From: a virus
Taxonomy: Duplodnaviria > Caudoviricetes
Length of the DNA: 59,826 nucleotides
IMG/VR virus record: IMGVR_UViG_3300021197_000662
Span: 1-59,826 of that record
Direction: 5' to 3' (one strand)
In this document: positions 42,784 to 52,702 of the stretch, one piece after another
Layout: each line of letters opens with the position of its first letter
How positions within the stretch are numbered: the first letter of the stretch is position 1
Notes under the pieces: generated by a model
Databases searched by the model: none
Told to the model about the DNA's origin: nothing
Seen by the model: only the letters and a program-made list of their open reading frames with translations
Program-made: the position numbers and the translations under genes

Positions 42784-43833
42784 ATGGCAACATCAAATGC
42801 GGCAACCACATACTTGGAAAGACGAGTTCTTGACTTCTTGTTCAAGAATAATGCTCTTTCCTTTGCCACGCCGGGCAACAGCATATATGTAGGTTTAGCT
42901 ACCGCAGTAACAAGTGCTGAAAATAGTGCATTCACGGAAGTGAATATAACAACTCAAGACGCTAACTATACACGACAACAGGTAACGGCGGCTAACTGGA
43001 AACAGTCAAACACCACACTTGCTGTCAATGCTGGCGCTTCTGATACAGAGATTATCTTAACAGATGCTGAGGCTTTGCCTACATCAGGTGATATTGTTAT
43101 CAACCAAGAGATACTCACTTACACAGGCAAGGATGGAACAGCTACCGCTGACGCAAACGGAGCCGTTTCCAGTTCTACTAACGTAGCTGTTGATGGAAAC
43201 AATGGAACGCTTACAGTTGGTATGGTTGTGACTGGCACAGGAATATCTGGCACAGTTCGTATCGCCACTGTGACTAACCAGAACAACATCGTACTGTCAT
43301 CCGCTGTGACAATTGCTGATAACACTGCTCTGTCCTTTACAGGTGTTAATACGTTAACAGGGGTAAGTAGAGCGCAAGACGGAACTTCCGCCGCATCTCA
43401 CACCGCTGGAGCCACAGTTATCTGTGATTCTCAGAGAGTGATTAATGATGGCAATATTGAGTTTTCTCCATCTAGTGGAATCGCTAGCTACACAGTCACT
43501 CATGCGTTTGTTGCAGACAATAGCTTTTCACGGGCCACTGTAAACGGTGCTGTATCAAGCTCCGCTAACGTGGCGCTGGATGCAAACAGCGGGACTATTG
43601 CAGTCGGTGATGTTGTCACTGGAGTCGGGATAAGCGGGCTTGTTACAGTGCAGACTGTCACAAACCAGAATGCAATCGTTCTTAGCTCTGCTCAAAGCAT
43701 TTCTGATAATGTCGTGTTAAAGTTCGATGGTAGCAATACGTTGTTCCTAGGCGCTCTTGACGCATCAAAAACATTGGCTGTTGGTGACATCTTTAGGATC
43801 AACGCAAGCAACCTAAGCATTGAGCTGAAGTAA
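42784..43833 (+). CDS. Tail structural protein with two copies of an inserted beta domain
   Basis: Conserved-looking termini (YLERRVLDF...; GDIFRINASNLSI) around repeats. Confidence 0.65.
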   Translation: MATSNAATTYLERRVLDFLFKNNALSFATPGNSIYVGLATAVTSAENSAFTEVNITTQDANYTRQQVTAANWKQSNTTLAVNAGASDTEIILTDAEALPTSGDIVINQEILTYTGKDGTATADANGAVSSSTNVAVDGNNGTLTVGMVVTGTGISGTVRIATVTNQNNIVLSSAVTIADNTALSFTGVNTLTGVSRAQDGTSAASHTAGATVICDSQRVINDGNIEFSPSSGIASYTVTHAFVADNSFSRATVNGAVSSSANVALDANSGTIAVGDVVTGVGISGLVTVQTVTNQNAIVLSSAQSISDNVVLKFDGSNTLFLGALDASKTLAVGDIFRINASNLSIELK

Positions 43834-44414
43834 TGGCTCTTGTGATCAAAGATCGTGTTAAGGAAACCACGGCCACTACTGGCACGGGTGCTTACACCTT
43901 ATCTGGAGCAGTAAGTGGGTTTGAGGCTTTCTCTGAGATAGGGAACAGCAACACCACTTACTACGGCTGCTCCGATGGCACGAACTTTGAGGTTGGAATT
44001 GGAACATATACTTTGTCTGGCACAACACTGGCTAGGACTACGATATTAGAAAGCAGTAGCACAAAGATTACAGCACTCGTAAATGGCGCTGTGAGCGCCT
44101 CTACAGCCGTTACAGTTGATAATGTCTCTGGAGGTACTCTAACTGTGGGACAGCGCGTCAAAGGGACAGGAATCTCCGGCGTTGTGACTATTGCTACGGT
44201 GAATAGCCAGACAAGTATTGCTTTAAGTTCAGCAGTCACCTTGGCAGACAATGCGGCGCTTACATTAGGTGACGAGAAGATAAGCTGGTCGTCTGGTACT
44301 AGAACAATATTTTGTACGATGCCAGCAGAGAAGATGGTTTTCAAAGATGCAACTGGTGCAACTGGTTTTGCCACAGTAGACGATGCCACAGCCTTGGCAA
44401 TTGCACTTGGTTGA
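43833..44414 (+). CDS. Tail fibre-base protein with one copy of the inserted beta domain
   Basis: MALVIKDRVKETTATTGTG...FCTMPA...ATALAIALG. Confidence 0.7.
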   Translation: MALVIKDRVKETTATTGTGAYTLSGAVSGFEAFSEIGNSNTTYYGCSDGTNFEVGIGTYTLSGTTLARTTILESSSTKITALVNGAVSASTAVTVDNVSGGTLTVGQRVKGTGISGVVTIATVNSQTSIALSSAVTLADNAALTLGDEKISWSSGTRTIFCTMPAEKMVFKDATGATGFATVDDATALAIALG

Positions 44415-44426
44415 TAGGAGAGATTA

Positions 44427-44783
44427 ATGGCAAACACATTCAAACTGATAACTAGAGATGTAGCACCAAACGCCGCAGGAACGCCTGAAACTTTGTACAC
44501 TGTCCAAACAGGAAGCACTATTGTTATCCTTGGCTTAACACTTACTAACGTCCACACCTCGCAGATAACATCTTCAGTCACATTAGTCAGCACAACAACT
44601 CAGACGAATCAAACGCAAAACACCACGGCGCATCTTTGCAAAGACATACCAATACCTGTTGGAAGCAGTTTTGAATTAATGGCGGGGAACAAGATTATTG
44701 CGAATGTTGGAGATATTATAAAGATAGACGCAAGCGTTGCGGACAAGGTGAGCGTGACCATGAGTTATATGGAGATTACCTAA
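44427..44783 (+). CDS. Tail structural protein
   Basis: MANTFK...LYTV...SYMEIT. Confidence 0.7.
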   Translation: MANTFKLITRDVAPNAAGTPETLYTVQTGSTIVILGLTLTNVHTSQITSSVTLVSTTTQTNQTQNTTAHLCKDIPIPVGSSFELMAGNKIIANVGDIIKIDASVADKVSVTMSYMEIT

Positions 44784-45232
44784 TGCCATATATAGGTGAG
44801 CAGCTTGCTACTAATTATCAGTCAATACCAGCAGTACAGAGATTTAATGGTGACGGTAGTGATACAACTTTCACTTTAAATACTGCGGTTAGCTCCGTGC
44901 AGGATGTACTGGTGTCAGTCGATGGTGTCGTACAGGACACAGCCGCCTACACTATTCCTGATGGTACTACGCTAACTTTTACAGCCGCGCCTTCTTCCGG
45001 GACGGGAAATATCTTTGTTAATTACAACGCTCCTCAAGTAGGCACTGTCACACCAGCCGCCGAGAACAAGGGTAATTTCAAGGCTGGTGGCTTGTTCCGT
45101 GTCAACGCACAATCTCTCACAGCAAATACAACCATTTTAGCTACAGAGAACGCCAACGTAACTGGACCGTTTACTGTGGCTAGTGGTGTTACATTAACCG
45201 TTGAAAGCGGTGGGACATTGGTGACGCTATGA
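44783..45232 (+). CDS. Tail fibre adaptor (MPYIG type), copy 1
   Basis: MPYIG start; FNGDGSDTTFTL...; precedes three GDLA paralogs. Confidence 0.65.
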   Translation: MPYIGEQLATNYQSIPAVQRFNGDGSDTTFTLNTAVSSVQDVLVSVDGVVQDTAAYTIPDGTTLTFTAAPSSGTGNIFVNYNAPQVGTVTPAAENKGNFKAGGLFRVNAQSLTANTTILATENANVTGPFTVASGVTLTVESGGTLVTL

Positions 45233-45615
45233 GTACATTAAAAGCAGATACCATTCAGAGTACAGGCGGTGGTGCGGTTACGCTGACTAAGCAAGCAGCA
45301 GCAAAAGTTACTTTTAACATGAACTTGCGAAGCAGCACTACAATGGATATTGCTACTAATGCAATTTCTACAGAGTGCCTAAATATTTCTAGCGGAACGG
45401 ATGCTGGAACTGGCCTTGCGCGGGGCAACCTAACCAACGCGATGCAGAACAAACAGTACATCTGGACTGAAGGCACACTTGCGGCAAACAACACACACAA
45501 CCTTGATGTTGGGGTTGCAACGACAAGTCTTATTCCTTTTCAAGGGCATGACGCAGACAGCGGTAGTGACAGCGATTTGATTGGTTGTTCAGCAGTATTT
45601 GGAGACCTAGCATGA
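45229..45615 (+). CDS. Tail/receptor-binding paralog (GDLA family) 1
   Basis: MSTLKADTI...AAK...SSGTD.GTG...GDLA*. Confidence 0.7.
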   Translation: MSTLKADTIQSTGGGAVTLTKQAAAKVTFNMNLRSSTTMDIATNAISTECLNISSGTDAGTGLARGNLTNAMQNKQYIWTEGTLAANNTHNLDVGVATTSLIPFQGHDADSGSDSDLIGCSAVFGDLA

Positions 45616-46055
45616 GTAAGATACAGGTAACAAATATCAATGACCTGTCTGACAATGCGTCTTTAGTTACAGATAATGGCGGTATCAAAACTGACAAACT
45701 GACAGGCAAGACTGCGGCTGCAAGCGTGACTGTTACTGATGGCTCTGTAACAATGAAACTACAAGACGGCTTGGCAGTAGTAGGAATTTACTATGACCTT
45801 ACTAATAATACTAATCAACAATCATGGAATGTAGCCAGCGTCACAGACCACGGCACTGGAAATCAGCAGATATTTTATACAAACAATGTAACAGGTAACG
45901 CTATTTCTGTTTACATGGCATCTAATGGTTATCACGGCAATGGTGAAATATTTGGTAGCGGTTCAAACTCACATTATCAGAGAATAAGAGACTCAGGTGG
46001 GACTTTACAAGACAGCACGCAAACCTGTAGTTCGGTACACGGAGACCTCGCATAA
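45612..46055 (+). CDS. GDLA family paralog 2
   Basis: SWNVASVTDHGTG...HGDLA*; start MSKIQ. Confidence 0.7.
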   Translation: MSKIQVTNINDLSDNASLVTDNGGIKTDKLTGKTAAASVTVTDGSVTMKLQDGLAVVGIYYDLTNNTNQQSWNVASVTDHGTGNQQIFYTNNVTGNAISVYMASNGYHGNGEIFGSGSNSHYQRIRDSGGTLQDSTQTCSSVHGDLA

Positions 46056-46426
46056 TGGCACTAGGAAAGATAAAAGCAGATACCCTAGAACACAGCACCG
46101 CTGGGTCACTTGATACGCAGTATGTTGTGCAGGGTAGTGCGAAGGTTACTATTGCCGCTGATGAGGCTGCTGTTTTATTTAAATCACTTAACGTAAGCAG
46201 CGGAGTAGACGAAGGCACTGGAGATTATAAGTACAATCTGACGAATGCTCTCACCACAAATACTGCGGAGAATCCCACCGCAACTTGTGCGCTTGGGTAT
46301 CAGACTATTATAAGAGTAAAAACAGCGGATGCTACAACTAGTGTTGTAGATGTAGAAAGCATAAACACTAGTGCAAGTGCTACAAACGCAGACCAAGGAA
46401 TAGCAGTATTTGGAGACCTAGCATAA
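46055..46426 (+). CDS. GDLA family paralog 3
   Basis: GSAK...SLNVSSGVDEGTGDY...FGDLA*. Confidence 0.7.
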   Translation: MALGKIKADTLEHSTAGSLDTQYVVQGSAKVTIAADEAAVLFKSLNVSSGVDEGTGDYKYNLTNALTTNTAENPTATCALGYQTIIRVKTADATTSVVDVESINTSASATNADQGIAVFGDLA

Positions 46427-46902
46427 TGGAAACACCAGAATTTCAAGGCACACACCTATTTGACAGGCTATGTTGGGCAAAAGAAAACCTAGACGCTGTA
46501 CAGTCTGACTATCGTGTAGTGTACGAGGACAGCATAGACGAATGCGCTAAGATACTTGTGCCTGACCCTAACTGGATGGCTTGTGCGTTACAGGGCGGCA
46601 TCCTACCACCAGTACAGGTATACTGGGAACTAGCTAAAGATGAAGCAAAGCCTGACTTTGTAAAGCACACCAGAGGACACTTGCTACATAACACTGAGCC
46701 TGTTGAGGCTATGACCGAAGAACAGGCTATTGAGTATTTGATTATGAAGGATTGCCCACAGCATGTGTGGCGTGACTATGATAGCGGAAATAAGCCAAAG
46801 ATGGTAATATGCCGTAAGGAACAGCTTCCAGCTACAAGAGAGTGGCGAAATGCTTGGAAGATAAGTGAAGAACTAGCCACTGATGAAACCGTAGCCGCAT
46901 AG
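46426..46902 (+). CDS. Tail-region protein (possible assembly chaperone)
   Basis: LVPDPNWMACAL...LIMKDCP...LPATREWRNAW. Confidence 0.65.
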   Translation: METPEFQGTHLFDRLCWAKENLDAVQSDYRVVYEDSIDECAKILVPDPNWMACALQGGILPPVQVYWELAKDEAKPDFVKHTRGHLLHNTEPVEAMTEEQAIEYLIMKDCPQHVWRDYDSGNKPKMVICRKEQLPATREWRNAWKISEELATDETVAA

Positions 46903-46912
46903 GAGAAACCTC

Positions 46913-47284
46913 ATGGCAACAACATATATCGTAGACAAGGACGGTAATCAGATTGATGCTTCAACCGCTACCGTTCCATCTGACCGTCATTTTCGTGGAG
47001 CATGGACTTTGAGTGGTAAAGTCATTTCTGAGGACATGGCAGAAGCAAAAAAGATTTTTCAGAATAAAATTCGTGAAGTTCGCGCACCGCTGCTTGATGC
47101 AGAGGATGTCGTGTATATGAAAGCACTAGAGGCTGATGATGCTACTGCAAAGATCAACTCTGTAAATAAGAAGAAGGCATTGCGTGATGCACCAGCCGCT
47201 TCAGCGATTAGCGATGCAGATACAATCGCAAAGCTAAAGGCAGCTTGGGATACATCTGTGCTTGGTGATACCCCTTACGCATAA
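46913..47284 (+). CDS. Tail fibre assembly chaperone-like protein
   Basis: PSDRHFRGAW...IREVRAPLL..ED...KKALRDAPA. Confidence 0.65.
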   Translation: MATTYIVDKDGNQIDASTATVPSDRHFRGAWTLSGKVISEDMAEAKKIFQNKIREVRAPLLDAEDVVYMKALEADDATAKINSVNKKKALRDAPAASAISDADTIAKLKAAWDTSVLGDTPYA

Positions 47285-47295
47285 GGAGATAGACG

Positions 47296-47820
47296 GTGGC
47301 ATTAACTAAGATTGGCAAAGAGGGCATAACAGGCATATCTAATTCTGCTAATGCTACCGCTATTACGATTGATAGCAGTGGTCGCACTGCAATTCCTAAT
47401 CAACCATTGTTCGTTGCAGATTCACCTATTGTCGGCACTAGCGGCGCTGAAGCAGCTTCAAGTGTTCGTTATAAAAGATGGACAAATGTTTTATTTAACA
47501 TAGGAAGTCACTTTAACAATGCCTCTGGTGGAGGATTTTTTACAGCCCCTGTTGCTGGTAGATATTACATATTGATGAAAGCGGGCCACAAAGTAACCTA
47601 CAATGCGTGGTGTGGTATGTATCTTTATAAAAATAGCACAAACATATGCGTCTTCTGGGACCCGGTAGACTCAGCTACAAGTGGCACTTACAACTCAAAC
47701 AATGCAAACATACTCCTAGACCTTGCTGCGAATGACACTTGCGGGGTGGGTTATCACACCAGCTATTCTGACCTTTCGGCTAATTCTAACAACTTCATTA
47801 GCATTGGGCTTCTGCATTAA
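47296..47820 (+). CDS. C1q/TNF-like receptor-binding protein
   Basis: VLFNIGSHFN...FTAPVAGRYY...LDLAAND. Confidence 0.7.
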   Translation: MALTKIGKEGITGISNSANATAITIDSSGRTAIPNQPLFVADSPIVGTSGAEAASSVRYKRWTNVLFNIGSHFNNASGGGFFTAPVAGRYYILMKAGHKVTYNAWCGMYLYKNSTNICVFWDPVDSATSGTYNSNNANILLDLAANDTCGVGYHTSYSDLSANSNNFISIGLLH

Positions 47821-47832
47821 AAGGATAAACAC

Positions 47833-48108
47833 ATGCCTTCAATCACGATAGAGTTAACAGACACTCAGTATAAGAGCTTAGAGTATGTCGCTCCAACTGT
47901 TCAAGTCTGGGCTGACAATGCTCTTCACAACCGCGCCCGTCTTGGTCAGGAAGAAATCATTGCCGCGTTAGTAGCACACTGTAACGAGAATGATATTGCT
48001 ATCGCCACAGGCGCTGATGCACAAGTGACACAAGCATTTGAGTTAGGTGTTGTTAAGACAGCAGCAAAACGAAACGAAGAATCAATGGCTAGTAGTTTGC
48101 CGGAGTAA
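47833..48108 (+). CDS. Small partner/chaperone of the C1q-like protein
   Basis: Directly follows C1q gene; WADNALHNRAR motif. Confidence 0.6.
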   Translation: MPSITIELTDTQYKSLEYVAPTVQVWADNALHNRARLGQEEIIAALVAHCNENDIAIATGADAQVTQAFELGVVKTAAKRNEESMASSLPE

Positions 48109-48112
48109 TTAA

Positions 48113-48574
48113 ATGCCATACATAGGTAAATCCCCAACAGTAGGTTTCCGCAATCGCTTTGTATATCAAGCAACAGCAGGACAGACTAGCTTTAGTGGCA
48201 GTGATCAAGATGCAAAGGTGTTGACTTATCAGGATAGCCTATACTTAGACGTATATCAAAACGGTGTCTTACTCAAACCCGGAACAGACTATACAGCCAC
48301 GACAGGTACAACAGTAGTCTTGGTCACAGGGGCAAGCCTCAATGACGTAGTTGAGATGATTATCTATGACACATTCTCTGTAGCCAACAGCTACACTAAA
48401 GCAGAGGCTGACACACGCTACCCATTCTTAGGCAATGACAGCATCATCCGTACCAATGGGCAGACCATTACTGCTGACATCACAATCAGTGCGACAACTA
48501 ATGGTGTATCGGCTGGGCCTATTACACAGAGCAATGCCACGGTCACTGTTAACGGATATTGGAGTATCGTATGA
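48113..48574 (+). CDS. Tail fibre adaptor (MPYIG type), copy 2
   Basis: MPYIG start; ATAGQTSF...DVYQNGV...DYTATTG; precedes three GDLA paralogs. Confidence 0.65.
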   Translation: MPYIGKSPTVGFRNRFVYQATAGQTSFSGSDQDAKVLTYQDSLYLDVYQNGVLLKPGTDYTATTGTTVVLVTGASLNDVVEMIIYDTFSVANSYTKAEADTRYPFLGNDSIIRTNGQTITADITISATTNGVSAGPITQSNATVTVNGYWSIV

Positions 48575-48984
48575 CCAGTCAGTTAAATGTAGATACCATT
48601 GTAGATAAGGCTGGCTCTGGCGGTTCCAATGTTAAAATGGCTAATACATCTACCTATGTATCAGATGGTGGAAATGTTACGCAGAATACTGTGCAGGGGG
48701 TGGCAAAGCATTGGACAATTGTTGACCAGACTGGAACAACAGAATCTTTAGGTAGTTTTAATCAAAGTTCTCTTACAGATGTTAACACGGGTAGAACAGA
48801 TGTAAATTTTGTTAACAATTTCAGTTCAGTCAACAAATGCACAACAATTTCTAACACATATGCAATGGACGGTTGCTGGTATCAAGTTGGAAATACCACT
48901 AATTACAGAATAGTTAACTATATTGGGGGAGCTTACACTGATTTTGACCATTCTAGTGGTAGAATTACAGGAGACCTCGCATAA
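48571..48984 (+). CDS. GDLA family paralog 4
   Basis: QGVAKHW...SFNQSSLTD.NTG...TGDLA*. Confidence 0.7.
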   Translation: MTSQLNVDTIVDKAGSGGSNVKMANTSTYVSDGGNVTQNTVQGVAKHWTIVDQTGTTESLGSFNQSSLTDVNTGRTDVNFVNNFSSVNKCTTISNTYAMDGCWYQVGNTTNYRIVNYIGGAYTDFDHSSGRITGDLA

Positions 48985-49385
48985 TGGCTAGTATTCTTAA
49001 AGTAGATACCCTAACAGGTGTAACCACCGCTGGCTCTATTAGCGTTACTGGCGAGGGCAACTCAACCACGACTAATCTTCAGCAGGGGTTAGCGAAGGCT
49101 TGGATGGATTTAAATGGTTCTGGAACAATTGCTTTACGAGATAGCAATAATATAGCCAGCGTCACGGATAATACCACAGGAGATTATACCGCCTCATACA
49201 CATCAGCTATGAGTAACGCAAACTATTCAGCTTTAAATTCTTGTGGTGTCACAAGTGTAATTACCGCATCAGTGCGTCAACATACTATTGCGGCGGGTTC
49301 GTATAGGCTTGAAATGAACGAAACTGGTGGGGCTGCGGCAGATAGTACATATGTACATTTAGGAATACACGGAGACCTAGCGTAA
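48984..49385 (+). CDS. GDLA family paralog 5
   Basis: QGLAKAW...SNNIASVTDNTTGDY...HGDLA*. Confidence 0.7.
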   Translation: MASILKVDTLTGVTTAGSISVTGEGNSTTTNLQQGLAKAWMDLNGSGTIALRDSNNIASVTDNTTGDYTASYTSAMSNANYSALNSCGVTSVITASVRQHTIAAGSYRLEMNETGGAAADSTYVHLGIHGDLA

Positions 49386-49786
49386 TGGCAAGCGAACTTA
49401 GAGTAAACACACTGAAGGATGCCGCTGGGAACAACAGCATTGCTACTAGCTTTGTGGCGAGTGGTAGTGCGAAGGCGTGGATAAACTTTAATGGTCAAAG
49501 CACACCAGCCGCCCGGGACAGTTTTAATCATGCAAGTTTAACTGATAACGGAACAGGCGACTACACCCCTGCGTTCACAAGTTCTTTCGGTAATGTAAAT
49601 TATTCATGCTCTGCTTTTAACTTTGGTAGTACTACGGTAGACACTAATTCACGACAATTTGGCTCTAACACAAAAGCTACAAGCAACATTAGAATAAGAG
49701 CAGGTTATGGACCCGGAACTAATGGTGGTTTGACGTTATATGACAGTGAAGGACATGATATGAATTTCATGGGAGACCTAGCATGA
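49385..49786 (+). CDS. GDLA family paralog 6
   Basis: GSAKAW...SFNHASLTDNGTGDY...MGDLA*. Confidence 0.7.
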   Translation: MASELRVNTLKDAAGNNSIATSFVASGSAKAWINFNGQSTPAARDSFNHASLTDNGTGDYTPAFTSSFGNVNYSCSAFNFGSTTVDTNSRQFGSNTKATSNIRIRAGYGPGTNGGLTLYDSEGHDMNFMGDLA

Positions 49787-50844
49787 GTAAAGCAGCAGAA
49801 CTAGCCGCACTGATTGGTGGGCAAAAGGCGTCAGGACACAAAAATCTTGTAAAAAATGGGGCAATGGTTGTTGCACAAAGAGCAACATCAGCTTCAGGTG
49901 ACACAACTGGCACTGTTAGAACAGTAGACAAAATGAACCCAGAGATAAGCTCTGCTGGCACTTGGACACAAAGCCAATCAACAGATGTGCCAAGCGGTCA
50001 AGGATTTGTTAATTCCTTTAAATTAGACTGCACAACAGCCGATGCGTCTTTGTCTGCTGGTGATGTCTGTATTCTTGGTTATAGATTTGAGGGTTTAGAA
50101 TTACAGCGTTTGAATTATGGAACATCAGGCGCAAAAAATATTGTCTTATCTTTTTGGGTAAAGACAAACAAAACAGGAAACTATGTTGTTCAGTTTCAAA
50201 ATATTAGAAGTACAATTAGAGTCTGTTCTTTGCTTTATACGGTATCATCAGCAAATACATGGCAAAAAGTTGAGTTCCCCATTCCAGCCGATACGGCAGC
50301 AACTTTTGATAATGATAATCTTTTAAGCGGTATTTTATATTGGTGGTTAGCTGCGGGAACAAATTGGACATCTGGAACATTAAACACAACTTGGGCAGAC
50401 AGAGTTAATGCAAATGTTGCGGCTGGGCTAAATGTCAACCTAGCCGATAGCACAGACAATGAATGGTACATCACAGGAATCCAGCTTGAAGAAGGAGATG
50501 TAGCCACGCCTTTTGAGCATGAGGACTACTCAACTACGTTAGCCAAGTGTCAGCGATACTACACACGCTGGCAATCAACCGGCGCAAATAACTGGCCTAG
50601 ATTTTTCCAGCCATCGTACGTTGATAATGGATATGTTAGTGGTACTTTTGCTTTTCCAGTACAGATGAGAACCCCCCCAAGTGTTGCTTTTACAGGAACT
50701 TGGCAAGGGCAGGGTGCGGATGGCATCGGCACAGGTTCAGTCAGTCAGGATGGTGTTAACCTATATTGTCTTGCGACTGGTGCTAGCAGTATTGCTGGAT
50801 ATTATGCGGATGGCGGCTCATTAGACATGACATCGGAGTTATAA
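49783..50844 (+). CDS. Tail fibre/carbohydrate-binding receptor-binding protein
   Basis: KNLVKNGAMVVAQR...LSFWVK...ITGIQLEEG..ATPFEH...AKCQRYY. Confidence 0.75.
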   Translation: MSKAAELAALIGGQKASGHKNLVKNGAMVVAQRATSASGDTTGTVRTVDKMNPEISSAGTWTQSQSTDVPSGQGFVNSFKLDCTTADASLSAGDVCILGYRFEGLELQRLNYGTSGAKNIVLSFWVKTNKTGNYVVQFQNIRSTIRVCSLLYTVSSANTWQKVEFPIPADTAATFDNDNLLSGILYWWLAAGTNWTSGTLNTTWADRVNANVAAGLNVNLADSTDNEWYITGIQLEEGDVATPFEHEDYSTTLAKCQRYYTRWQSTGANNWPRFFQPSYVDNGYVSGTFAFPVQMRTPPSVAFTGTWQGQGADGIGTGSVSQDGVNLYCLATGASSIAGYYADGGSLDMTSEL

Positions 50845-50847
50845 AAA

Positions 50848-51030
50848 ATGAATATTACTAATGTACAATATGTTAATGACCCCCTTTCTGGATTTAGTAA
50901 GGCCATGATTAAAGCGACTATTGATGAAATAGAATGGTGGGTTCCCAATAATGCACCCAGCAACCAGCACTACGCAGAAATTCAAAAGCAAGTAGCGGCT
51001 GGTACTCTAACCATTGCAGATGCTGACTGA
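50848..51030 (+). CDS. Small tail fibre chaperone-like protein
   Basis: VP...SNQHYAEI...GTLTIADAD. Confidence 0.65.
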   Translation: MNITNVQYVNDPLSGFSKAMIKATIDEIEWWVPNNAPSNQHYAEIQKQVAAGTLTIADAD

Positions 51031-51752
51031 TGTTTGGTGAGTTGGCATTATCCGAAAGGGCTATCGCTGCTCACGGAATATTAAACTTTGGGTCTGCGTC
51101 TGCTGATGCCAACTTTGTTATATCTTCTGATTTTGCTAACCTTCAAGCAAGTGGCAGTCTTAGCCTAGAGGCTATATCTAGCATAAGCAGAATAGGCGCT
51201 GGCACGTTAACTGGAGTTATTGGTGTCACATCCGAGTTTGAGCAGAGCGCCAACGCATTAAGGTTTGCCACTGGTATAGTAGAGAAGTCATTTGGCTTCG
51301 TTGCCGATACAGATGGCATTCTTGTAAAAGATGGCATATATGAGCAGTCATTTGATTTTACTCAGAACGCCTCTGCAATAAAACTTGTAACCGGTGTGTC
51401 TGAGCAAAGTTTTGACTTTGTGCAGTCTCTTTCTGCTAGCGCAGAATACTCTGCTCATTCAGATCAAACCTTTGACTTTACACAAAGTGCTGAAATTAGC
51501 AGGGTTTTCAGCGGTGTGTCCGAAAACTTTGTTGAGTTTGACTTTATTCAAACTGCCGGAATACTGATTTACAGAAACAACTTCAATGTAGAGTTTGCTT
51601 TTGTACAGACGATAAATGGTGATCTGCTTTGGGTTGAAATAGACGCCAGCACTCCTGTAGAGACATGGAGTCAGATAAACGCATCTAGCGGAACATGGAC
51701 ACCAATAAACGCTAGTGGTACAATAGAGCAATGGATTAAAAAGGTGGTATAG
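51030..51752 (+). CDS. Structural protein with ~22-aa EQSFDFxQ repeats
   Basis: Five to seven periodic repeats. Confidence 0.65.
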   Translation: MFGELALSERAIAAHGILNFGSASADANFVISSDFANLQASGSLSLEAISSISRIGAGTLTGVIGVTSEFEQSANALRFATGIVEKSFGFVADTDGILVKDGIYEQSFDFTQNASAIKLVTGVSEQSFDFVQSLSASAEYSAHSDQTFDFTQSAEISRVFSGVSENFVEFDFIQTAGILIYRNNFNVEFAFVQTINGDLLWVEIDASTPVETWSQINASSGTWTPINASGTIEQWIKKVV

Positions 51753-52700
51753 ATGGCTAGTACATATACGCAGAATGCTGGTATTGAAAAACCGGGTACT
51801 GGTGATCAATCAGGAACTTGGGGTGTAACTACAAACACAAACTTTGATATAATCGACCGCGCCGTTCATGGTCAGGTTTCTATAGCTATATCTGGCAGCA
51901 CAGATTTAACGACAAGTGATGGTTCTGTTAGCAACGGCATTGCACCTGTTGTCATTCTCACAGGCAGTCCGGGCGCTACATTTGAGCTTAGGGTCACACC
52001 CACTGATCAGAAAAAACACTACACCATAAAAAATGAAACAAATGGAGCGTGTAGGGTTATTTATAAAGGCGTTACTTACTCCACATCCAACGGTGTAGAG
52101 ATCGCAGCAAACTCAACGCAGGCAGTCACAGGCGATGGCGGCGGCGGTTCTGGTGTATTCAAAAGCCTAACCCCTAGCACAGACCTAGTTAACGATCTGA
52201 CTCCTCAGTTAGGCGGGTCGCTGGACGTTAATGGGCAAAGCATTGTGTCTGCGTCAAACGGGAACATAGTTATTGCCCCTCATGGAACTGGTCATGTTGA
52301 CATAAATAGCGACTTAGATGTTACAGGCGCTGTTGATGTGACTGGGGATTTAGATGTTGATAATGTAAACATCAATGGAAACGCAGTAACCGTTACCAAT
52401 ACAAACGCTAACTTAACCTTAGCCGGGAACGGCACTGGGAAGGTTCTCATAAGCAATCTTTCTTACCCAAACGCCGATGGTACAGCATCTCAGGTCTTAA
52501 CAACAAATGGCTCTGGGGTTCTTTCATTTGCTAACGCGTCTGCAAGTCTTGGTTCAAGCCTCACATTAGGAAACTGGACCATAGAAGTTGATGGAAGTAA
52601 CAACCTTCTATTTAAGTATAGCGGTGACACAAAGATAAGAATGACATCCGCTGGTGCGCTGGATGTAGAAGATGATGTAACAGCTTATAGCGGTATATAG
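51753..52700 (+). CDS. Tail fibre protein
   Basis: MASTYT...GDQSGTWG.TTN.N; DLTPQLGGSLDVNG; PNADGTASQVLTTNGSG fibre motifs. Confidence 0.75.
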   Translation: MASTYTQNAGIEKPGTGDQSGTWGVTTNTNFDIIDRAVHGQVSIAISGSTDLTTSDGSVSNGIAPVVILTGSPGATFELRVTPTDQKKHYTIKNETNGACRVIYKGVTYSTSNGVEIAANSTQAVTGDGGGGSGVFKSLTPSTDLVNDLTPQLGGSLDVNGQSIVSASNGNIVIAPHGTGHVDINSDLDVTGAVDVTGDLDVDNVNINGNAVTVTNTNANLTLAGNGTGKVLISNLSYPNADGTASQVLTTNGSGVLSFANASASLGSSLTLGNWTIEVDGSNNLLFKYSGDTKIRMTSAGALDVEDDVTAYSGI

Positions 52701-52702
52701 TT

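Noticed and set aside
44783-50844. Diversity-generating retroelement or invertase shufflon acting on tail genes
   Set aside because: No reverse transcriptase or site-specific recombinase seen, no TR/VR pair differing at adenines, and all cassettes are co-oriented.
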